From an uncultured Gammaproteobacteria bacterium (GTDB taxonomy: Bacteria; Patescibacteriota; Patescibacteriia; UBA2196), in contig CAYSXS010000005.1 of NCBI GenBank assembly GCA_964435065.1, positions 1-54,220 of the forward strand: DNA of 54,220 bases, in the 5' to 3' direction. The stretch's first letter is position 1; each line of letters begins with the position of its first letter. Below, piece by piece: positions 48,819-54,220 of the stretch. Under the pieces are notes generated by a model. That model did not search any database, was not told the DNA's origin, and saw only the letters and a list, made by a program, of their open reading frames with translations. The position numbers were made by a program, and so were the translations under genes.

Positions 48819-48881
48819 CAAAAAATTCCCTAACATTAGCAGAGAATCTTTTGGCAGGGGCTAGTGGAGGATGTTAGAACT
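48819..48881. repeat. att repeat 4 (full, attP-like)
   Basis: CAAAAAATTCCCTAACATTAGCAGAGAATCTTTTGGCAGGGGCTAGTGGAGGATGTTAGAACT. Confidence 0.95.
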
Positions 48882-48944
48882 AAATTGATTAGGCATATAA
48901 AATATATTTATACTTTACAGTATCAAAATTAGTTTATTAACTAT

Positions 48945-49730
48945 TTACTTTCTAGCTAACCAAACCCTAAAATGAGTTTCAGATTTTAAATTTATTTTTT
49001 TAACCTTAAATCCTACTTCTTTCATAATTTTTTCAAGCTCTTTTTCTTTTAAATCAAAAGTTATATTTGGAAGTCCCGTTTCTTTACCATCAAAAGTTCT
49101 TCTAATCATCATTGCTTCTCTATACCTTCTACTAGGTATTTTTTTAGTATAAAATATTAAATCTTCTTTTTCTCTTTTTCCTACTTTAATTTGGGCGGTC
49201 ACATCTTTATGAGGTTTTTCATTGTCTGGAAATTTATCAATATACAAATAACCACCTTTTTTTAATACATTATAAAAATTTTCCAAAGTTTTTCTATAAC
49301 TGTCTAAAGAAGATTTTTCATTTATAGTTTGTTTTTTATTCCAACCACCATCAGCGTAAATAAAAGAATTGCCTCTACAAAATAAAAAATCATAAGATTC
49401 TTTTTTATAATTTTTAGGAATTTGTTTCCACGATATTTTTTTAATTTCTGTGCTAATTTTTAATTTTTTTGCCCTTTTTTTAAAGACTTGAATTTCATCA
49501 TCCATTAAATCCATGCAGTCAATATCATATCCTTTTTGCCTTAGATAAAGTGCAATAAATCCTCCACCAGCAGAAGTATCTAATAATTTACTTTTTTTAT
49601 TAATATTGTTCTTTTTAAATAAATCCATTATTTCAGATACATATTTATTTTTGTTATACAACAAATTATGCAAACAAACATCCCACAATTCTGCAAACAA
49701 AGGTTCTTTTTTAAATTTAAATAGTTTCAT
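48945..49730 (-). CDS. Class I SAM-dependent methyltransferase (cassette 4)
   Basis: LLDTSAGGG, YDFLFCRGNS, LKKGGYLYID. Confidence 0.88.
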   Translation of the reverse strand: MKLFKFKKEPLFAELWDVCLHNLLYNKNKYVSEIMDLFKKNNINKKSKLLDTSAGGGFIALYLRQKGYDIDCMDLMDDEIQVFKKRAKKLKISTEIKKISWKQIPKNYKKESYDFLFCRGNSFIYADGGWNKKQTINEKSSLDSYRKTLENFYNVLKKGGYLYIDKFPDNEKPHKDVTAQIKVGKREKEDLIFYTKKIPSRRYREAMMIRRTFDGKETGLPNITFDLKEKELEKIMKEVGFKVKKINLKSETHFRVWLARK

Positions 49731-49740
49731 ACAATTTTTA

Positions 49741-51066
49741 TTAATTATTTTGAGTCCATATAGCTTTCTTGCTCAACAGATCTCCAAGCATCTCATTTAC
49801 TTTGTAATACATTTTTTTAATTACTTTTTCATTTAAATGAGGCATTACATGTCCTTCTAGCCCATGGGCTACGACTTTTGGTAAATCTTTATGAATATTA
49901 ATATAAACACCTTTATCTTTATACTTATCATATAATGCTGTACCTGGGAAAAGTGTAGTAAAATGAAGTTGAACCATATCTTTTTTAGGATCTAATAATT
50001 TTTTCAATAACAAAACCGTATTTTTTATAAAAGTACTTTCAGTATCATCTGGTAAACCAAATTGAATTGAAGCACAAACCCTTATGTTATTATTTTTTAA
50101 GTGTGTAATTGCATTAGTTACACTCTCTTTTGTTATATTAAATTTATTAGCTCCCCAAATTGCTTTTTTCGTAACTGTTTCCACTCCAAGATAGACTACT
50201 AAACATCCACTTTGCACTAACATTTTTGCAATTTCATCATTTATTTTTTCAACACGGGTTTTTAAAATCCATTGACTCTTGTTTTTCTTTAAATCTTTAC
50301 AAATTTCTTTTGTCCTTTTTATATCAACCAGCATTTCATAATCTTCAAATACAAAGCTATTATGACCTAATTTACGAAGATATTTTAGTTCTTCAACAAC
50401 CTTATCTACTGAACGCATCAAAGTTTTCTTTCCACAGATTCGGGAAGAAGCACAATAAGTGCAATTATATGGACAGCCTCTGCTAGTTAATATAGTAACT
50501 GGATGTTTTTCAGCTATAATCTCTGGTGGTAAATATTTTTTATAACTAATAAAATCTAATTTCCGATCTGGAAATTTAAAAAAGTTAATATCCTCCAATG
50601 GCTCTGAAGGATTTACAACTATCTTTCCCCCCCCATTCCTAAAGCTAATTCCTGGCAAAGAATATAAATCTTTTATTTTTAAAGGTTTTTTTATTTTTTT
50701 GCCAATCTGTTCAATATCTATATTACAACAAAAATCAACAAATTTATTTTGTAAAAATTCATTATATTCTATCTTTGTTGTGGCTCCGCCAAGCATAATT
50801 TTTACCTTTGGTAGTTCTTTTTTTATCTTTTTGCAATACTTAAAAGTTTCTTTTTCAGTGACATTAGTAAGACTAAACCCAATAATATCTGGCTTAAAAC
50901 CACTTTCTTTAATATATTTAAAAATACTATCAAGTGATTGTAAATTTGCATCAAAACATTTTACTTCCTCCTTGATATGTTTAGTTAAATACGTAGCCAC
51001 TGTTGCTATTGATAGAGGAAAAGCAACATTGTATTTATATTTTGGCTGAATTAAAATCCATTTCAT
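49741..51066 (-). CDS. B12-binding-domain radical SAM protein (cassette 4)
   Basis: N-terminal cobalamin-binding-type domain, TSRGCPYNCTYC, LGVET, FGLP, FPGT. Confidence 0.9.
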   Translation of the reverse strand: MKWILIQPKYKYNVAFPLSIATVATYLTKHIKEEVKCFDANLQSLDSIFKYIKESGFKPDIIGFSLTNVTEKETFKYCKKIKKELPKVKIMLGGATTKIEYNEFLQNKFVDFCCNIDIEQIGKKIKKPLKIKDLYSLPGISFRNGGGKIVVNPSEPLEDINFFKFPDRKLDFISYKKYLPPEIIAEKHPVTILTSRGCPYNCTYCASSRICGKKTLMRSVDKVVEELKYLRKLGHNSFVFEDYEMLVDIKRTKEICKDLKKNKSQWILKTRVEKINDEIAKMLVQSGCLVVYLGVETVTKKAIWGANKFNITKESVTNAITHLKNNNIRVCASIQFGLPDDTESTFIKNTVLLLKKLLDPKKDMVQLHFTTLFPGTALYDKYKDKGVYINIHKDLPKVVAHGLEGHVMPHLNEKVIKKMYYKVNEMLGDLLSKKAIWTQNN

Positions 51067-51093
51067 ATTTTTTTATTTAATAATTAATAATTA

Positions 51094-54000
51094 TTATTTT
51101 TTTGCTAACCAAACCACAAAATGCTTTTCTGATTTTAAATTTAATTTTTCAACTTTAAAACCAACTTTTTTAAGCAAATCTTCCATTTCATCTTCTGTTA
51201 AATCATAAGTCATATTTGGCAATCCTGTTTCTTTTCCGTTTTTATCACGCAACAACATTTGAGCATAACGCACATCTTTTTCTGGCACTCTTTCAACATA
51301 AAAGATAACATCTTTTTTTTCTTTGGTTTTTTTAATTTTTAATGTCGCAACTACTTTTTTATCTGGAATTTCTGAATCTCTAAATTTATCTATATATAAA
51401 TATCCGCCTTTTTTTAATATTTTATAATAAACTTTCAAACAATGTTTCATTGCTTTTAAAGTTTGCCTTCTATTTATAGAAATTTTTTCATGCCAACCCC
51501 CGTTTGCCATTATAAAAGCATTACCTCTGTTAAGTAGCAGGTCAAAAGTATTTGGTTTAAAGTGCTTATCTAAATTTTTCCATTCAGAAATTACTGTTTT
51601 GTGTTTGATTCCTTTTTCTTTTAAATAATTTTTAAACGGTTCTAAAATTTTTAATGATTTATCAGAAGTTGAAACATTATAACCATCTTCTAATAATTCT
51701 TGAATAAAAAATCCAGGACCAACACTTGTATCTAAAATCTTTGATTTTTTGTTTATTCCTTTTTTTCCAAACATTTCTTCCATATCTTCCATATATTCAT
51801 TAATATCATAAAGCAATTCATATTCACACAACTTCCACAATTCAGGAAATTCTGGCTCTTGTTGAACCTCAATTTCTTTTAAATTGTCTTTATCAGAGAC
51901 ATATTCCATTTCTGCACCAGTGGCCAAATATCTTTCTGAATCAGGACCCAAAGGAACATTAAAAAATTTAAATACTCCTTTATTTTTTTCCTGCAACATC
52001 AGTTTGGTATAAAGTTCAGCTCCTCTTGTAACAGCATCCCTACACATGGCTGGTGTTAACATAACTAAAATATTATTCCTTCCAGATAATTTTGACTCTA
52101 AAATATTTTTAGAAATATAATCAAAATTTACATCTTCTGCTTTGCCAAATAATTCTGCTAAAAACTGACAAAGTTCAATAATACAAAATTCTCCACCAGT
52201 TTTTGATTCAAAAGTATCAAATTTACATGTTTTAATTTGCTGATTATCAAGAATTTTTATTTCTAAATCCAAAGAACCTTCTTTGTTCCCTTTATAATTT
52301 ATAATATCGTCAAAATATTTTTCATTTTCTTTTATAAATTTTCTAAATCTTAACCTTAGAACCGTTTCTCTTATGAATTTATCTTTTCCAAAATTTATAA
52401 CATCACTTTCTTTTAATTTGAATTTGCTTAAAATTTCTTTATAAACTTTAGGTATTTTATTAAGGCCTTTATATCTTGCTAAAAGTTCATCTCTATATTG
52501 TTCAGCTGTTTTATTTTCCTTATTAATTGATGATAATTTTAATTCGTTTATTCCAGTAGTGTCATTAGCAATTGTAACAAGTTTTGCATTGTACCCATGT
52601 GATTTTAATACTTGCACAATATTACAGCCTAATTCCCATGAAAATATTGGAAAAGAAGTCATGCCAAATTCATCTAGCAGATTATGTAGCCTCTCTGGTA
52701 GCAATGGTTTAATACTTGGATAAAAAGAATTTGTTTCTTTGTCTGGAATTGCTAAAAAATGCCCTGCCATTATCACTATATCTGTATTTTTTGGATCCTT
52801 AACTGCAGAAAAAATATTTGAAATTACTTTATTTTTACTATTAACAGGGATAATATTTTTATAATAAATTTTGTCTCTTAATAATTCCAAATTTGGATTT
52901 GTAATCAAACCTTTCTTTTTATCTAAAAAGAATTTAATTTCTTGTGTTACTTTATCTATATCTTTTTCGTCATTATAACAACCTAAGCTAATTCTTAAGG
53001 TTTCTTTTTCTAAAACATTTATTAAAGGAAAAGCACAATGTGAACCATATCTAATACAAATTTTTCTTTTATCTAAATAATCACCTATTTCTTTAATATC
53101 TACATCTTTAATTGAAAAAGATACCACACCAATTTTATTTTCTATTTTTTTAGGTCCATAAATTTCTACTTCATCAATTTTTTCTAAATTTTCAAACATC
53201 CCTTTAATTAACTCTTTTTCGTGTTTTTGTATTTTTTCAAAACCAATTGTTCGAATAAAATCTACTGCCTCAGATAATCCTAAAATGCCCGCGACATTTG
53301 ATGTACCACCCTCAAGACCAATTAATGATTTTATTTCCTCATAAACCAACCTATCTTTATTTTTTCCAAACAGAACTGTTGCATCGCTAATTGTTCCACC
53401 GCCCATTTTAACTTTTTTAACTTTTGGCCAGATATTTTTTAAAACAAATAAAACCCCAATTCCATCTGGGCCATACATTTTATGTCCAGAAAAGGCATAA
53501 AAATCACATTTAATCTTTTTTGTGTCAACGGGAATGTGTGCAACAGCTTGAGCACCATCAACTATATAGAAAATTTCTGGATTAATTTTTTTAACAATGT
53601 TACCAATTTTTTCAATAGGATTAATGTTGCCCAAAACATTTGAACAATGTTGAATTGCAACAATCTTTGTTTTATCATTTAATTTTGATTTTAATTCTTT
53701 AACATCAACTATACCATCTTTTAATCCAATAATTCTAAATTTTACTCCTTTTTTAATCAATCTATCATATGGCAACATATTTGAATGATGTTCTGCTATA
53801 GAAATAATTATTTCATCACCTTTTTTAATTTCATCAAAAATACTATTGACTACTGTATTAATTGAATCAGTAGTATTATTTGTAAACACAATTTCTTCTT
53901 TTTTGGCATTAATAAATCTCGCAACATTTGCTCGTGCGTTTTTAATTGATTCTTCGTTTTTTGTAGCCACAGCATGTGCGCCCCTATGAGGATTGCCTTT

Positions 54001-54120
54001 GAACTCTAGAGATTCTTTAATAACTTTTATAACGCTGTCTGGTACCTGTGTTGTTGCAGCACTATCAAGATAAACAAAATTTTGTCTTCTTGAAAATTCA
54101 AATTGTATTTTTAAATTCAT
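51094..54120 (-). CDS. Fusion of SufS-like PLP cysteine desulfurase, unknown middle domain and class I methyltransferase (cassette 4)
   Basis: YLDSAATT, EHHSN, DGAQ, FSGHKMYGP, EGGT, RYGSHCA in the first ~400 aa; last ~260 aa paralogous to the 48945-49730 protein. Confidence 0.88.
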   Translation of the reverse strand: MNLKIQFEFSRRQNFVYLDSAATTQVPDSVIKVIKESLEFKGNPHRGAHAVATKNEESIKNARANVARFINAKKEEIVFTNNTTDSINTVVNSIFDEIKKGDEIIISIAEHHSNMLPYDRLIKKGVKFRIIGLKDGIVDVKELKSKLNDKTKIVAIQHCSNVLGNINPIEKIGNIVKKINPEIFYIVDGAQAVAHIPVDTKKIKCDFYAFSGHKMYGPDGIGVLFVLKNIWPKVKKVKMGGGTISDATVLFGKNKDRLVYEEIKSLIGLEGGTSNVAGILGLSEAVDFIRTIGFEKIQKHEKELIKGMFENLEKIDEVEIYGPKKIENKIGVVSFSIKDVDIKEIGDYLDKRKICIRYGSHCAFPLINVLEKETLRISLGCYNDEKDIDKVTQEIKFFLDKKKGLITNPNLELLRDKIYYKNIIPVNSKNKVISNIFSAVKDPKNTDIVIMAGHFLAIPDKETNSFYPSIKPLLPERLHNLLDEFGMTSFPIFSWELGCNIVQVLKSHGYNAKLVTIANDTTGINELKLSSINKENKTAEQYRDELLARYKGLNKIPKVYKEILSKFKLKESDVINFGKDKFIRETVLRLRFRKFIKENEKYFDDIINYKGNKEGSLDLEIKILDNQQIKTCKFDTFESKTGGEFCIIELCQFLAELFGKAEDVNFDYISKNILESKLSGRNNILVMLTPAMCRDAVTRGAELYTKLMLQEKNKGVFKFFNVPLGPDSERYLATGAEMEYVSDKDNLKEIEVQQEPEFPELWKLCEYELLYDINEYMEDMEEMFGKKGINKKSKILDTSVGPGFFIQELLEDGYNVSTSDKSLKILEPFKNYLKEKGIKHKTVISEWKNLDKHFKPNTFDLLLNRGNAFIMANGGWHEKISINRRQTLKAMKHCLKVYYKILKKGGYLYIDKFRDSEIPDKKVVATLKIKKTKEKKDVIFYVERVPEKDVRYAQMLLRDKNGKETGLPNMTYDLTEDEMEDLLKKVGFKVEKLNLKSEKHFVVWLAKK

Positions 54121-54220
54121 ACACTAATTATGACACTTTTAAATAATATTACAAATTATTTTGATTTTGACCGCCCCTTGCGTCACGCCCCAATGTTTAG
54201 CATTGGGGAAGGATAGCAAG

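Larger units (their letters stand above)
43301..54220 (-). mobile_element. Tandem array of att-bounded gene cassettes (1866, 1121, 2564 and >5360 bp), running past the window edge
   Basis: Four direct repeats with a tRNA 3'-end core; all cargo on the minus strand; no recombinase in the cassettes. Confidence 0.8.

Noticed and set aside
48670-48864. 64-aa plus-strand ORF running into att repeat 4
   Set aside because: Crosses an AT-rich promoter and the repeat, antisense to the cassette; no recombinase similarity; probably spurious.
43301-48881. Repeats as a CRISPR array
   Set aside because: Spacing is 1.1-2.6 kb with whole genes in between, and no cas genes are present.
43301-48881. Repeats as classical integron attC sites served by the tyrosine recombinase at 4400
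   Set aside because: A TAAC...GTTA pair is present, but the interior is not a long attC-type palindrome. The centre is a tRNA 3' end with 2-bp-centred symmetry, and the Xer shows no obvious IntI-specific insertion and lies ~38 kb away. Not formally excluded.
2761-51049. Many 60-140 aa ORFs antisense to or nested in well-supported genes (e.g. 8736, 11663, 14437, 31626, 32908, 50699)
   Set aside because: Shadow ORFs with no motifs or expression signals.
54171-54220. GC-rich hairpin CCCCAATG-TTTAG-CATTGGGG at the window edge
   Set aside because: Truncated context; it cannot be assigned as tRNA, att site or regulatory RNA from this window.

Overview
AT-rich bacterial chromosome segment using the standard code, with TGA as a stop. 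Gene content and style suggest Patescibacteria/CPR (Parcubacteria-like); this is an inference. Core genes: serS, ftsQ-like, xer, gltX, thpR, priA, def, fmt, mnmA, uppP, mreBCD, rarA, uppS, a two-component cluster and glycan enzymes. Five things stand out. (1) From 43.3 kb to the window end, four recombinase-less gene cassettes lie in tandem, separated by ~63-bp repeats. The repeat core is the 3' end of a tRNA-Trp-type gene (GCCCCTGCCA on the minus strand) and the geometry fits large-serine-recombinase attP sites, so this looks like an integron-like array anchored at a tRNA. (2) At 9.5-11.5 kb, a His-rich leader peptide and a terminator/antiterminator precede an atypical tRNA-His (C33) and two enzyme genes. 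(3) A dif-like site lies directly upstream of the Xer gene, near a switch in gene orientation, with a catalytically degenerate second Xer. (4) The last cassette carries a SufS-X-methyltransferase fusion, a B12 radical SAM enzyme and a methyltransferase. (5) Small elements missed by the ORF track: a second leader-peptide attenuator and a 42-aa metallothionein-like peptide. All calls come from reading motifs by eye; no database searches were run.
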